Source: Minutocellus sp. GHC0000111 (taxonomy: Eukaryota). Taken from it: 64,000 nt of DNA. The DNA is taken from positions 558,001 to 622,000 of the forward strand of contig OZ361256.1 of the NCBI GenBank assembly GCA_977018835.1, given 5' to 3'. The position numbers and the translations under genes were made by a program. Below the pieces are notes generated by a model. That model was not told where the DNA came from, did not search any database, and saw nothing but the letters and a program-made list of their open reading frames with translations. Shown here one piece after another: positions 23,740-37,099 of the stretch; position 1 is the first letter of the stretch; the number at the start of each line of letters is the position of its first letter.

Positions 23740-26700
23740 TCCATGCCGACCAATAGAAGAGCGCAAACAGCCGCACGCATGGTGCACAAACCAGACGGCG
23801 GTTTCGTGTGCCGACCTGCTCCCGGATGTGGAATGAGGAACAAACGGAAAAGAACAAGGCCTGTCAGCAGCCATACCACAAAACGACGATCCGGTACCGC
23901 CTCTGTCTCGGCAGCTGTTCTTTCCAGTCTTTTCATTGGCTACGGCATCAGTGGCAACGGATTAATCGTGGCCGATGCCGGTGCCGATTCCAACCCCTTC
24001 GCAGCTGGATGCCTTCGGTCGAAGCTGGGCCCCGAGAGGCGGGTGCGCGTTTGCAATTCCGACGACGTCCACAACAATTAGAAGAGCAACAGCACAAGAC
24101 CCCAAAGTCACTGCTCCGTACCAGAATTCAATTATCCAGAGATACGAATCGCCCCGGGCAACTGGGAGTCGAGCATCTTCCAGGCCTACATAACGCAAAT
24201 CGTTCTGTCGGAAATATTGGGTGTGCCATCGACGTTGGAATCTGGTTCACGAGACGTTCTGCTTTCCTTCTATGACGAAACCAAGTCCTTTCCTTATCCC
24301 AATCGAGCGTATGGATACGATGATTTGAGGATAGCCAACGCAGCGCCGGGGGGAGATTGTACGCATGTGCTGAATCAAGACGCCGAGGCAACTTGCGCGC
24401 ATGTTCTACCGGAGGTGTGGGCGGGACAGAAGGCGGCTTGGACCGAGGCACGGAAGGAAGGCTACATTGAACCTCCCGAAGGTAAGAAGAAGCTTGGGAA
24501 AGAAATCAACCCTACCACTTAGCCAATATGCTTGAGACCATGCTGCTAACTCATCCCCTCATCTTTTGTTCTACTGCTAATGCAGGAACCGTGACGGTCG
24601 GTAAACTTTCATGGTATCTTCCACGATTCGTCGTCGCTCAGGATCCAAGTCTCGCCACATATCTTGGTCTGCGAGGTGAAGAGAATAGACGTCGGCTTGC
24701 CGAAACCTTCCTCCGACCCACCACGTGGTTCGAGTATTGCGAGGAGGTCAGCGAAACGAACTGCGCCGAGCCGGATGAGGTGGCCCAGAGACCACCAACG
24801 CCGACAGAAATTGAGGAAGGAATCTCGAGCAAATACCGATTGAAGGGAGTATACACTGGCCATTTTCGCAAGACACCCCAGAATGATTGCAGCAGCAATA
24901 GTAATTGCACTGGGCATATTGTCGATGCGCCCTGCTCCTGGTCAACAAACATTGCCTAACAGCTCTACTGGAACGACATTCACCTCGAGTCAAACGGGCC
25001 TCTGCAACCGACCTCTGCTTACAGCTACGAGATATGCTTGACATCTGGGAGGCATCTGTGGAGACGGGATCGCCTGTAATGATGTGGTGGTGGTATCCCG
25101 ACGCTACTGTCCAAAAATACGAAGGGACTCCCGGTGAATTTCACCCCATTGTGCTGCCGGATCCCACTGAAGAATGCCGAGATGCCCGTATCGGAAGTGA
25201 CGAGCGTTGTTCTGAAGATGTATGGGTCCGTAGGGGGGACGAAGAAGGGAGGTGTGACGAGGAAGCCCATTCTTTAAAGCGATTGATCGCTACCTCACTT
25301 AGCGAAGAGACCTACAAAGTCGCAGCCGCGGAACGATCGCCGGGTTACCAAACAGTAAAAAATATCGCCATTGATAATCTGAACCTCGAAACGATGCTTG
25401 GAGATTGGTCGAAAAATGGAGATGACGCCAGAGAGGCAGTCTGCGGGTGGGTTGCTGCAAATATAGACAAAGTCATGGACTTTGTACCTCGCGGTCACCC
25501 TCGAAGTCTTGTTGTTAATGACTGGTATGGTAGCGAGGCTGGTCTCCTCTACGCAGCAATGGCCGTTGGTGGTATAGCTATTGCATCGGTTATCCTGTCG
25601 TCGTGGATTGTTTACAGACATCGGGCCAAGAGAATCATACGCAATTCGCAGGTTGATTTTCTATTTCTTGTCCTTTTCGGCTGTTTCTTGCTCGGTGTGG
25701 CGGGCCTTGTCTATACTCTTGAGCCCGGGAAAGGAACTTGTACTGCAAAGCAATTTCTCATCATGCTTGGTTTTACTCTGATGATGGTGTCTCTCCTCGT
25801 CAAGATTGAAGCCATCCTTTGGATACAACGCGCAGGGAAAAAGATGAAACGGGTGAAGCTTCGAAGAAGACAACTGTACGAGCTAGTAGCCATTTTTGTA
25901 CTGGTTGTACTTTCCTTTCTTGTTGCTTGGGCGGTTGTTGATCCACCCGAGCGCGAAGAATTCCTCACACTTCCCGATGAGACTGGCACACGGGTAGAAA
26001 AATCCGTTCAGTGCTCTTCAGATTCGGCTGTGTGGAAGCTTGTCGAATATTTGTGGGAGTTCTTGCTTATCATCGCGGCAACTTTGCTTGCTTACCAAGC
26101 GAGGCACGTGCGCCAAGAATTCAACGAAAGCGAGCTCCTCTATCGTCTTTGCTACGTCCAATTCTTCCTTCTTGTACTGAGGGCAATCGTCTTTTTCCTT
26201 CAACAAGCGGGATACATAGCACCGACAGTCGAGGCTGGCGTTACTGTATTGTTCCTCTCGTTCAGTTCAATTTCTACCCTTGCTCTCTATTTCGGGCCAA
26301 ATTTCTATCTACTAAAGCACGGCGATGATGCCGCAAAAAGGACAGTGTCAAGACTTGGTAGTAATGTTTCATGCTGGGAGTCTATCCACGCACCGACAGT
26401 TTACGTGGACGGAGGAGCTCGATTTTTCTGACTATAGTGCTGCCCCTCGATCGTCGGTGTACTCCTCCACGGAAGAACAGGGCGAGTCGAATGCAACCGT
26501 GGGAGTCGGTGGTGGCGCTCGAAACGGCGATCAGCCGGGTACTGAAGCAAACTCCGCCAGGCACCACAGTGCTTCATATTCAAGTCACAGGAGAAAACAG
26601 AGCAGTCTCGTGCGACTTCAAGAGGCGTGGTCCAGAACCTACGATCGAGCATCGTCTCGAAATAAAACCCCTCGAAGAAAATTGGTGACTACTCAAGCAG

Positions 26701-26906
26701 TCTCTCAAAGAATGATCGATGCATTTCTGGGAGAAGGTAGCCAGCGGGCCGTAGTTGAGAAGAAAGAAAATGCCAATAATCAGGCGATTGAACCGATTGC
26801 AGAAAAAGAAGAGAATGGTTGCAACAATAAGGAGGAGGAGGAGGAGGAAGAAGAAGAGGAAGATCAGCAGCAGCACGATAGCAATGGACCACAGACGAAG
26901 GAGTGA
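23740..26906 (+). pseudogene. Class C GPCR-like (7tm_3) receptor with periplasmic-binding-like ectodomain; two nonsense codons and about two frameshifts
   Basis: IRNSQVDFL, LGFTLMMVSLLVK, FNESE 7TM motifs; intron ~24482-24585; in-frame TAG at 24079 (NN*KSN) and TAA at ~24957 (IA*QLYWN); frameshifts ~25030 and ~26360-26400. Confidence 0.82.
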
Positions 26907-27366
26907 TTGATTGTCAGATATAAATTCCTACTTGTAAAGGATACGGACATATAGATTAGTCTGCATTCAAGTACATAAAACGGTCCTTCACTCCTCCCTC
27001 GACCACTGCTTGTTGGCTGGATTCGACACACTCGACTCGACTCAAATAAATGGGGTCGAGTGAGTCGAATTCAAAGGGTTCGCAAGCAAGGCAAGGAGCA
27101 CGCGTACGCACGATACCTAGGCTAGTACCTCTACTAGGTAGCCTACATGTACGAAGCAGAGTGACACTCTCGCCCACGCGCACTTCGCAAGGGTCAGAGC
27201 TTGGACGGCGGCCGCTCTCTCGGCCACGTGTTGCCAAACTTCTGAGAGGAAGTTTGCATTTTCATCCACTCGACTTGCACTCCACCAGCAGAAATAATTG
27301 TTCCCCGAGAGGATAGGATCGCCTTTGAGTCGAATCGATTGGCCTCCATCTATCATTTCCACGAAC

Positions 27367-28830
27367 ATGGCAGGACCAAAGTACTTCCAGATTGCATGCT
27401 GCATATATCTAGCGGCTTCTTTCGCCGCTAGCAGGGTCTTGGTGGATGCATTCTCGTATTCCACAAGTCGCGGTGCTCGTGCTTCTCGTCCTTCGCAAAT
27501 AATTCTCAAAGCTTCGTCTCTACATCATGACGACGACACCAGCCACCATCACCATCAGTTTTCGCCGATCTCCCCAGAACTATTATTTGACCCCTTTCAA
27601 ATTGAGCACACCGGCATAATTTCCCCTCTGACAAAACCTTCCTCTGGAGGTACAGAGCAGTCGATCATATCCGCAGAACGACGAAAGGATTCTACGCCTC
27701 CACCCAAGTCCGGTCTACCATCGTTGCAACTAAGTGATGTTTGGAAGGCACGCCTTCTCCTCATACTCGCAGCCGCACTCTATGGCACCAATTTCACTTG
27801 CGTCAAAATGCTGGATGAGACAGTTCCCGTCGGAATAAGCACAACGTTGCGGTTCGCCCTGGCGTCGATGGCAACTCTGCCGTGGCTCGTGGGGAAACCA
27901 GGTTCAGATAAGCAATCGCTGTCCAAAGAAAACGATGCCGTCGAAAAAGACGCAATGCCGCCCACAAGTCTAGCTGCTGCCATTGCTGGGCTTGAGGTTG
28001 GAGCCTGGAATTCAATCGCATACATTTCGCAGGCAGTTGGGCTCGAGTCGTCAGACGCTTCGAAAAGTGCTTTCATATGCTCATTATCAGTGGTTGTGGT
28101 ACCTTTTCTCGATTCTTTGGCTGGTAAGAAGCTGCTTCCACGGGAAATTATCGGTGCCGCCATGGCTGTGGCAGGTGTTGGAGTTCTTGAACTTGGTGGC
28201 TCGGCCATGGGTTCGATGTCATATGGCGACATGATAACTATGCTCCAGCCAATTTTCTTCGGAATTGCCTTCTGGCGAATGGAGAAGGCCATGGAGAGAT
28301 TTCCTCAAGAAGCAAAGCGGATGACCGCATCCCAAATCTTGGCCGTATTCTTGACGAGCGCAGTTTATGGCCAAGCAGTGTCGGCAGACCATACCAGCAT
28401 TTCGCAAATTGTGGAATGGGTATCTGATCCATCGCTTCTAGGAGCTTTATTTTGGACAGGTTGTGTCACAACTGCGTTTACGTTGTTCCTCGAAACTGTC
28501 GCATTGGCGACACTGTCAGCGTCCGAAACGACGATGATATTTTCCACTGAGCCACTTTTTGGCATGGGCTTCGCTGCTCTTGTCGCTGGGGAGGAGCTCG
28601 GAATCGGCGCTACAGCTGGTGCATTCCTAATTCTTTTGGGGTGCTTAGTAAGCAATCTTGATCCCCATGAGAGCACAGAGCTAGAGCAAAGCAATGCGAA
28701 TGATGGACTGAAAGAAAATAACATCCCCAAGAGTCTTTTAGGACCAGGGCTATCATTGGCTACCCCTTCCATTGCTATGGCGGCCAAAACTTTTTCAGAT
28801 TTGTCAACGGATGCTTCGGCAAATTTGTAA
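27367..28830 (+). CDS. EamA/DMT-family transporter, probably plastid-targeted
   Basis: LYGTNF, SKSAFICSLSVVVVP, IFSTEPLFG; about 10 hydrophobic segments; signal peptide ending VDA-F. Confidence 0.88.
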   Translation: MAGPKYFQIACCIYLAASFAASRVLVDAFSYSTSRGARASRPSQIILKASSLHHDDDTSHHHHQFSPISPELLFDPFQIEHTGIISPLTKPSSGGTEQSIISAERRKDSTPPPKSGLPSLQLSDVWKARLLLILAAALYGTNFTCVKMLDETVPVGISTTLRFALASMATLPWLVGKPGSDKQSLSKENDAVEKDAMPPTSLAAAIAGLEVGAWNSIAYISQAVGLESSDASKSAFICSLSVVVVPFLDSLAGKKLLPREIIGAAMAVAGVGVLELGGSAMGSMSYGDMITMLQPIFFGIAFWRMEKAMERFPQEAKRMTASQILAVFLTSAVYGQAVSADHTSISQIVEWVSDPSLLGALFWTGCVTTAFTLFLETVALATLSASETTMIFSTEPLFGMGFAALVAGEELGIGATAGAFLILLGCLVSNLDPHESTELEQSNANDGLKENNIPKSLLGPGLSLATPSIAMAAKTFSDLSTDASANL

Positions 28831-29100
28831 GCTGCTGTGCATCTTGCGTAGTTCCTAACAATCAAGGCGGAGGCATGGGAGAAGTTAAGAGTTAATTACA
28901 TGTAAACTTCCAATGGCCGAATATGCACGTGTGTACCTAGGTACGCACGTACGTACGTACGTGTGTACCTAGGTACGCTCAAATCGCCAGGCAGAGCCGA
29001 GTTCCTCGAATGAATTGGGAAAAATAGAACGATTTTAGAGACGGAAAACAAGGCAGAATGCTAGTATTGTGCACTCTCTCTTACGATCGTACAAGACTTC

Positions 29101-31747
29101 TTATATGATTACGCAAAGAATGCCCAGTCCGATGAATGCTGCTACCCAAACAACAAGCTCGGCAACGAATGCCTTTCGGAGGAAGCTCTCTGAAAAAGTA
29201 CACCAGCGTCGTCTACTAGATTGACCTTGCCCACCGGGCTGCCTGCTCTTTGGATTTATCCCGCCTTTGAGCATGAGCGATTGACTCTCAAATTTGAGAG
29301 CCGAAACCATAAAGTGCATCGGGTCTTGCTTATCACCAAACTTTTCGTCCATAGTGTTCAGGTTCAAATGTCTGCTTGTCCCATCAATTCCACCTACCAA
29401 CGGCTCGTATTCTCGTTCCGTGTCAGTGACTTTTATAGTCTCCAATTCCAACTTGATGACACACCAAAGGCATCGTCGGATGAGCTCGGCGACACTGATA
29501 AACGCTCCAACATATGTTCGAAAGTCTATGGATAGTGTCGGTACCTCTGTCCCGGACTTCATAGAGAAATGATACGCAGGGATTAAAGCTAAGCATCCAA
29601 ATGAATCGGAAGCAAACGTTATACGCAAGAACTCTCCAATAAAAGGCATCGCGGGCGTATAGGCGCTTCGAGCGAAGAGCAATCTTGTTGCTCGTCACAA
29701 AAGTCGACAGACGGTGCCAGGTAGATACAATGGGTTGGACAATGTATCGATGCAGCGGGATCAACAAGTAAGAAGAACCGGGGATAGACGATATTGTCAA
29801 ACAATTGCATAAACGTGTCTCTTCCGATGGTGTGGGCTGTAAGGCGCTCGATCCCCTTGGAACGACCTCCAGAAGCTCCCAGTCCATCCAGACATCCCAC
29901 CATATCTGGTACAACATGGCCCCGAGGAAGGATGCAATCCATATCTTCCCACGGCGACCCTCCGGGTGAGCCATGGCGTAGAATATCACGAGGGCAGCCG
30001 TCAGATACTTGAAGGCATTGCCAAGATGGGGCCAATGCTGTCCAGAATCCTTGGCCTGCCGCAGAGTCTGCAGGAATTTCCACCAGAGCGGTAGCACAGC
30101 ACATGCGGGCAGGGCAAAGTTGTGAAGTACCCAACTATTCTTCAGTATGTCCCCGGCTTCGTCCAGGCTGGACGTTGAGGAGAACATGGCCCAAACGCTG
30201 ACAGAATAATAAAAGAGGCAGTATACCAAATCTTGGATCGGCCGCACGAGGCTTGTGAATGTGTCACCAATAAAAGCATCGCGGAAGTAGACAGCATAGA
30301 ACGGCGCGCAGATTGTGTATTTGATCGTCCCCCAAAACCTCCTCCTCGCCTTCGGAGGGAAGGCTGCTCGGATGAACAGCACGGAAAGGAAGATTAGGGG
30401 CAGAACTCGAGGGTTGAGGCCATCGGGCTGCGCAATGTCAGCTGCATCTGTATCCTTGGGCGCCTTATCGTCGTCGTCATCGGCATCCTCGTTGGCAGCG
30501 CTTTTCGCGGATGCATCTGTGGCTGCTTCGGCCACTGCGGCAGCAATATCTGCCGCTCGTTGCTGGCTCAAAAGGAAGAACATGTGAAAGTAAAAAAGGA
30601 CCGGCAGGCATAGGTCGACCGCGGCCCCGGCCACACTGGGGCCACTCGGCGCATACGTCATTTCGTTCTCGAGCGGCTTGGATCGAATAAACTGGTGCAG
30701 TCATAACCGCCGAGCAACTCGCAGAAGCTTCTTGAACCGAGCATTCTTGGACGAGGAGCCCGCCGGCGCCGGTTGGGTCGCGTCACCATCCTTGGCCGGT
30801 GTCGAGGGTACATCCGAAGCCGCAGAGGTGTTTCCCGCCCTCCTCCGTCGGAGGGATTCTCCCGCCTGTGAGCACAGCAGATAGCGGATCATGCTCTCAT
30901 CCTTGGACGTGCTCTCGGCCCTTTGCAACAGCCGCTTCCGAAAGGGCAGCGGCGTCGACGGATTGCCGGCATCGGCGTCCTCCCCACCATCACCAGTACT
31001 ATCGTTCTCGAACGAGTCCCGCCCACCATCCTCCTCATCGTGAGAGGATGCCATCATCAGCGAGGGCATATTGCCGGCGGTCCGTAGAATGTGTTGATCG
31101 TCACCTGTATTCCTCCGCGAACGCATAACCTGCGGACTTTGCGGCACGTTCATCATCCCCGCCGCCGCGTCGGCCTCGTTGGCGCTCCCGCCGCCACCGC
31201 TGCTGGGACCTGTACGTCCATTGACGGGGCTCAAACTTCTCCGTCGACCATCCCGCACAGATGATATGTCGTCAGTACTACCGCTGGCATTGCCATTTTG
31301 ATGCATATTCACGAGTTCCACTTCCGCCGAGGCAGGAGCAGACTGTCCCTCTTCCAATTTGACTATTGGCGAATTGTGAGCAACGTCACTTTTCCCCTCG
31401 TTCAATTCATCGTCATCGTTTGTACTCAGCCCGTCGTACCGCGTCCTGCTTCCACTAGCCACGCCCCCGACCTCCCCGTTATCATTATCATCACCCCCGC
31501 CGCCCACCGGCATGGCCTCCTCGGGACACTTGACGTCGGGGTGGTGCAGGGCCGCCATGGGTGTGCCGGGCAGAAAGAGCAATTCGTCGCACGCCACCCC
31601 GCTCCGACGCCATATCCGCAACGACGCCGCCACGCACGAGATGGTAAAGGCCACCAAAGCCGGACCGCGGTAGACGCGCAAGCTCCACGGATCCTCGCTG
31701 GTCTGGGTGAGGTCGTACGCCACCACGGTACCGAGGACGGCCAGCAC
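29101..31747 (-). pseudogene. EXS-family (XPR1/SYG1/ERD1-like) membrane protein with a nonsense codon and a frameshift
   Basis: VYFRDAFIGDTFTSL, LPLWWKFLQTLR, HLGNAFKY, WWDVWMDW, ELIRRCLW..KLE; in-frame TGA at 30703-30701; +1 base at ~29584 (SF-NP vs SF-IP). Confidence 0.87.
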
Positions 31748-32370
31748 CCATGCCTTGGCCTGTGGGGAGATAATTTAGATAATTTCCATATGCATATTAT
31801 AAAGTCAATTGAATTAGAATGTATCACGGCCAATGCAAGCACGCAAGGGGCAGAGGTTGAGTGCATGTGAATAAAATGAATTTTGCGAACCAACACACAC
31901 ATGCGCGGCGAACATGCACTACATGTGCTGCGTTTTTTCATCTGGCTGACTGGGCTCACCTTGATCACCCTCTCCGATAGGACGAAACTGCCTATCGAGG
32001 CGGTGATGATTGAGATGTCCATGGCCACTGGCTGGGCATGTGTAAAGATGTATTATCTCAAGTGGTATCGCGTGTTGGTTTTGGTTTTATTGCTTGCGTT
32101 CCTTCGGTCATGGCCTTGGCTTGGCTGAGAAGCAGGTCTTTGGAGCACCCGCCACACGCAAAGCCTCCGGGTCCTTCCATTAAAAGGGGACTCCCAAAAA
32201 TAACACAAAATAGGGGGCTGCAGGGGCTGGCTGGTGAGAAATGCACAGAGGAGAGTAGTAAGAGTCGAGAGAGGCATAATTCCGACGCTGTTGAAACCAC
32301 CGCCGGCACTGACAATACCGGTACTTGTAATCAGGATAAAGGCAATCCATTGGGTGGTATTATCGTCACG

Positions 32371-33711
32371 ATGACTCCCGAGCCAGCCGGTGATCCCACG
32401 CCTGCTCCGCCAGCTGCTCCCTCGGTTTCGCCCCCCTCGGCCTCGGCCTCGGCATTGGCATCTCCGCCCGAACAGCAGCAGCAGCCCCCCGGCCCCATCA
32501 GATGGACTGGCCTCCCCTCCGATGCGCTGGCGCACTCTTTCGCCTTCCTTCCATTCTCCGACCTCCGATCGGCAGTTCTGACCGGCAAGCACACGGCGTT
32601 GTTGGACGCCGCCAAGCGGATCGATACGCTCAACATCACCGAAGTGTCGGAGCTCAACCTTCGCGCGGTCCGACGGTACCGAGAGAACGTCAAGGTCGTA
32701 AGTATCGGCTGCCTGTTTACTGGCGAGGTTAGCGAGGACTTGCGCCTTCGAGACAGAGTTCGTCGGCACGTATCCGAAAATGCTTGCTGGCAGATTGTTC
32801 CTTTTCTGGTCGGATTTCCGAAGCTGCGGGAGGCGATTCTCTATGGCACAACTACACACAGTGACGGACGGACTCACAAAGGTCACTTTGAACTCTTTCA
32901 GGGGGTTCTAAACGAGGCCTTGCCAGTACCGGAACACTACGCCACCAATGATGCAAGGGTGAAAGGCTTGGTGAAATCCTTCTGTGGAGCTTTCAGGGCT
33001 GGTGCTCTTCCATCTGATCTGATCACCGTTGGTTTAGTTGATCAGGATTCATGCTATCTTTGCCCGACGGCGGGGTTCTCTGACAGCGGCGGCTGCAAAA
33101 TGTGCCGTGAGGTTTGTGAAAGCTTTCCTTTCCGCACACTGGAACCGGGATATGGATTAGTGCGTCCCCGCGGCTGGAATTGGCCATGGAACTGCATTCG
33201 CCATGAAGACTTTCTTCGCATTGTGAGCAAACGACGTGGGTGGGATGAGTACGTGTCGCAGCATCCTACAAGACTCCTGGAAAGTGCACTTGTTTTTTGG
33301 GGTAAAGAAGGATATTTATTCAAGTTTCTTGAGGACTACTTCAATATTTCAGAAAGCAGAGAAAATGCGATCGCAGCCAGCTTTGCGCGGAAGTACTGTT
33401 GTTCAAGCCACGAAGATTTCGAGGAATTCAAGAGCGACTACGAATGGGTTTTCTGTTTTCACCCCGGCACCAGGTCCCAAGCTGCTGTCGATGGACTCAT
33501 CTCGGTTGGATTTTCTCCTGCTAATGTGTCAGCAGAATTCCTAAGAGAGTGCATTGTAGGCTATCAAAGCCCAAGAGGCCCTACACTGATAGACGATGAC
33601 ACTTGCCAATGGCTCATCTCACGGTGATTCAATTTGGACGAGGAAAAGTTCATCAGGGTCAGAAGGAACGAGGTGGAGAAGCTGGAGGCTATTGCTTCCG
33701 AGTGGGAATAG
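32371..33711 (+). pseudogene. F-box-like protein with a probable premature TGA near the C-terminus
   Basis: WTGLPSDALAHSFAFLPFSDLRSAVLTGK F-box-like motif; the frame continues past TGA 33625 (SR*FNLDEEKF...WE*). Confidence 0.6.
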
Positions 33712-34092
33712 TGCTATGCGCAAAGTATGTGTGAACGGAATCTCTTGCCGCGCGGTTGCGGGAATGATCGGGAGGCCCCAAAAGAAGACCCCAAAGAAGA
33801 GCCAGCAAGTCAAGTTATGCTGTGCAGAATTTCACAGTGGCGGGAGCAGGGCAGCAGCAGCATGGCGGCATGTCTACGGCACCTTTCTGAAACGTAGGAA
33901 TTCTAAATAAAGCATTAGTTCCACATTGGTTCCACAATCTGAGTGCCGGCCTCTTACCGGTAGATCTACGGTGCTGTTCCTGCCACGATGCGACTCTCAG
34001 GGCGATATGTGAGATGAGGGGGACCCCTTCATATCATGCTCGCCCCCTCATTCTCAACGTTCTCTCATTCTTCTGTAGGCGCGGTCGGCACG

Positions 34093-35628
34093 ATGCCCGA
34101 AGACGAACAGCGGCAAGAATTGCCGGGCGCAGCGGCAGGCAGCTCGGAGGAAGACCCCTTCGAGGTGATATCTCGTGGAAACGACCTATCCGAGGCCGGT
34201 GATCACTGGGCCGCGTCATCGACGTATCATCGTGCTTCCTGCCTCCTTGCAAAGCTTGCCGAACAGACCAGGAAAGATGCCGGGAATCTGCGAACGCATG
34301 CTTGCGCTGCCAGCTCTTCCACAACGGGCAAAGGCGGTACTATCAGCGGTGATGACATGGTGGGTGACTTCCGGTCGCGTATTCGCAAGGCCGTGGAGCT
34401 GGAGAGGATCCAAAAACTGTACAATGGGGAGGCCCGAGACTACTACGTCAAGGCGCGGAAGGAGCTGATCCATGCGTTGCAATCGGAGATGGCAGATGGG
34501 GAAGTTACTGCTTCGGGTGCTCATAACCCCGGTCCCGGTGATGCTACGTCCAGACTATCTACCGAACAATTAATTGAAAGGAGAAGAATATTCGAACTTA
34601 CCTTTGGGAATCCAGATCATGACATAAAAGCCGACGAAACAGCATCTTCGGCGGGCGCTTTGACTCCCAAGCAGGATGAGACGACGCAAACTGATGGAGT
34701 GGATATTGAGGAAGACAGCACCGACGATCAGCAAGGTGATCTTTCAGCACAATCACATGTTGAAGATGGAATAGCCGATACTAGTGTCGATGCAGACCAG
34801 TCCCTCAACATACCGGCGGCGCCAATATCCAATACTCATTCCGCCCACGGAGGAGAAGGAGGAGACAAGCAGGTGTCGGATATCGAAGCCCGGTTGGCAT
34901 CGTTCGAGTCGACGATACCCTCGGCCCTCAAGTCGGATGAGGAACGCGTTCGGGATCTGAACGCAGGGCTCAAGGGTCTTGGATATCATCTTCGGACCTC
35001 TCCCGATATCAAAAGGCATCTTGGCATCCACGCACAGAAGCCGATGACGGACGAGGAGCACATTCAACGAATTGTGGAGATGGCCAAGGACGAGGCTCGA
35101 TTGGAGGGGACGAATGTGGATGAAGATGCCATCAAGGCTGCACTTGGCGGTATTGTCGGCACAGGTGGAGGTCGCGGCGGTAGAGCTGGCTGTGGAGTAG
35201 GCGGTGAAGATGGCGATGTATTTGCAATCAACGATGAAGACGACCTTGCCGCCGTACTACGAAAGGCACATCTCAACGTGAACGATGGAAATTTGAACAA
35301 ATCATCGATTGGCGATATGCTTGCCGATGCATCCAAAGTCCGAGACGAGGCCGGCGGTATGAATAATCTCACGCGGACTGGCAAGATATTGAATCTCATC
35401 GCCAGGGCGCAGGAGCATCTCTTCGAGGCGAGTGCCCATTTGGAAGAGGAGGAAGACGATGCATCTGAGGGAGATGATAGCGACGCTTATGATGATGATG
35501 GTATGTTACTTCCAAATGTGGCTCCTACTTTGATGACCGTTGGAATGGTACAGGGTAAGGCGAATATTCTTGAGGCGAAGAAGGTAGTTGATGAGATATT
35601 AAGATTTTGGCCGAAAGACAACACGTGA
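34093..35628 (+). CDS. Hypothetical protein with helical (MIT-like) N-terminus
   Basis: Uninterrupted 511-aa ORF; DPFEVISRGNDL...HWAASSTY..ASCLL; conserved in a partial second copy. Confidence 0.65.
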   Translation: MPEDEQRQELPGAAAGSSEEDPFEVISRGNDLSEAGDHWAASSTYHRASCLLAKLAEQTRKDAGNLRTHACAASSSTTGKGGTISGDDMVGDFRSRIRKAVELERIQKLYNGEARDYYVKARKELIHALQSEMADGEVTASGAHNPGPGDATSRLSTEQLIERRRIFELTFGNPDHDIKADETASSAGALTPKQDETTQTDGVDIEEDSTDDQQGDLSAQSHVEDGIADTSVDADQSLNIPAAPISNTHSAHGGEGGDKQVSDIEARLASFESTIPSALKSDEERVRDLNAGLKGLGYHLRTSPDIKRHLGIHAQKPMTDEEHIQRIVEMAKDEARLEGTNVDEDAIKAALGGIVGTGGGRGGRAGCGVGGEDGDVFAINDEDDLAAVLRKAHLNVNDGNLNKSSIGDMLADASKVRDEAGGMNNLTRTGKILNLIARAQEHLFEASAHLEEEEDDASEGDDSDAYDDDGMLLPNVAPTLMTVGMVQGKANILEAKKVVDEILRFWPKDNT

Positions 35629-35700
35629 AGAAAGGAGGTCAATATGTTACTATGTGAATAGAGTTACCTATATTCGACTGTGCCATGCTCCGGCGTACAT

Positions 35701-35871
35701 CGATGGACTGACCTCCCCTCCGACGCGCTGGCCCACTCTTTCGCCTTCCTTCCATTTTCCGACCTTCGATCGGCAGTTATGACGGGCAAGTACGCGGCAC
35801 TGGACGTCGGCAAGCGGCTCGACCTCCTCCACATTACCGACATGTTGGAGCTCAACCTTCGTGTGGTCCAA
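35701..35871 (+). pseudogene. Short duplicated fragment of the F-box-like gene (copy of ~32500-32671)
   Basis: GATGGACTG(G/A)CCTCCCCTCCGA...GAGCTCAACCTTCG shared with 32501-32665. Confidence 0.85.
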
Positions 35872-35980
35872 TGATATTTCTTCTTATTTGTAGCCAAAAC
35901 GTGATAGTCAATGAAGGGATAATTAGTTTAGATCAAGTTTGCCCCCCTGTTGTGCACTCATAATGCGTTTACGTACTTTA

Positions 35981-37099
35981 TCAACGCCCTTCTACTTTCG
36001 CGGCAGCCCTCTTTGACGATATGGCCCGGCACCTAGCCCTGTGCGCAGGATATGCCATCCCCTGGCACTCCACGCTGCAGTACCGGTCGATATGGCAGCC
36101 ACCGCATCGCTTGGTCGGCACTCCCACCTTGTTTGGACAGGTCGGATTGGTGCAGGGTTTGGTCGACCAGTACTTCTTCTCGGTGCACGGTGGGCAGGTG
36201 AAAAGGAAGCTGTTGCGACTGGCGTCGAACGCCATTTCACTCTTGGATTTGCAGGTTGCGCAGACATCCTGCTTGCATTCTTGACATATGAAGAATGGAA
36301 GTTTGGCCCCCCGCTTGCCAGCAAATACTACCTTGGGGTCTGGAGGAAGCTGTCGTAAATGTCGCGGGCGATGGCAACCATGTTTTCATGCGCAGCTTCT
36401 TGGCACATCGTGCACAGCAATTTGCAGCATTGCGAGCACTTGCGAAAGTAGGATGAAATCGAGGTGTCAGTAACTGGTGGGCATGCTTCGCGCAAATGGG
36501 ACATTCCAACGATTGCCCAATTCATCGATCACAGTCTTATCCCATAGACATTCACGGGAGTGGCAAGTAGAGAACGGGACAGCAGCATCAGAAAGACGTT
36601 CGTCCTTGGCTAAGAGCTCCAATAGGTCGTCGACCGGGACCTCTCCCTTGATCATAAAGATACCGGTACACTCCAACAATACCCTCTTGGATGTCCTCCC
36701 ACGGTAACAATCCTCACACCGCCGCAGAGGCTTGACGCAGTTCCTGCCGTTGAGGCACGCCAAGAACGTCTTCTTCTCGCACCGCCAGCAGTACAGCTGG
36801 GCACATCCTGGACACTGATGAGCCTTGGCCAGGTCCTTGAGTGAGCTGCAGCACCGAACGCATTTCAACTTCCTGCTGCTCCCATCATTGCCGCCCTTGA
36901 CCAGAACGCCGCCGTTGCTTCTTTCGGAGCCATTGCCAGCATCTGATGTGCCCGTCGAGGCAGTAGCGCTGGTCGTCAAAGTAGCCGCCGCTGCCGCTGG
37001 AGCCACCGCCGAACCTACCGTTGCCGATGCAACAGCCGAGGACGATTCCCCCGCCTTGCCCTTGGCCCTGACGGCGTTCTTCTTGGATTTCTTCCCCAT
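35981..37099 (-). pseudogene. Cys-rich MYND zinc-finger protein, multiply frameshifted
   Basis: RCGGCHIDRYCSVECQ..AYPAHRARC MYND motif; MGKKSKK start; CxxC motifs spread across four frames. Confidence 0.8.

Noticed and set aside
21781..33627. In-frame stops as an alternative genetic code or readthrough
   Set aside because: All three stop types occur alongside frameshifts and duplications, and intact genes end in TAA, TAG and TGA
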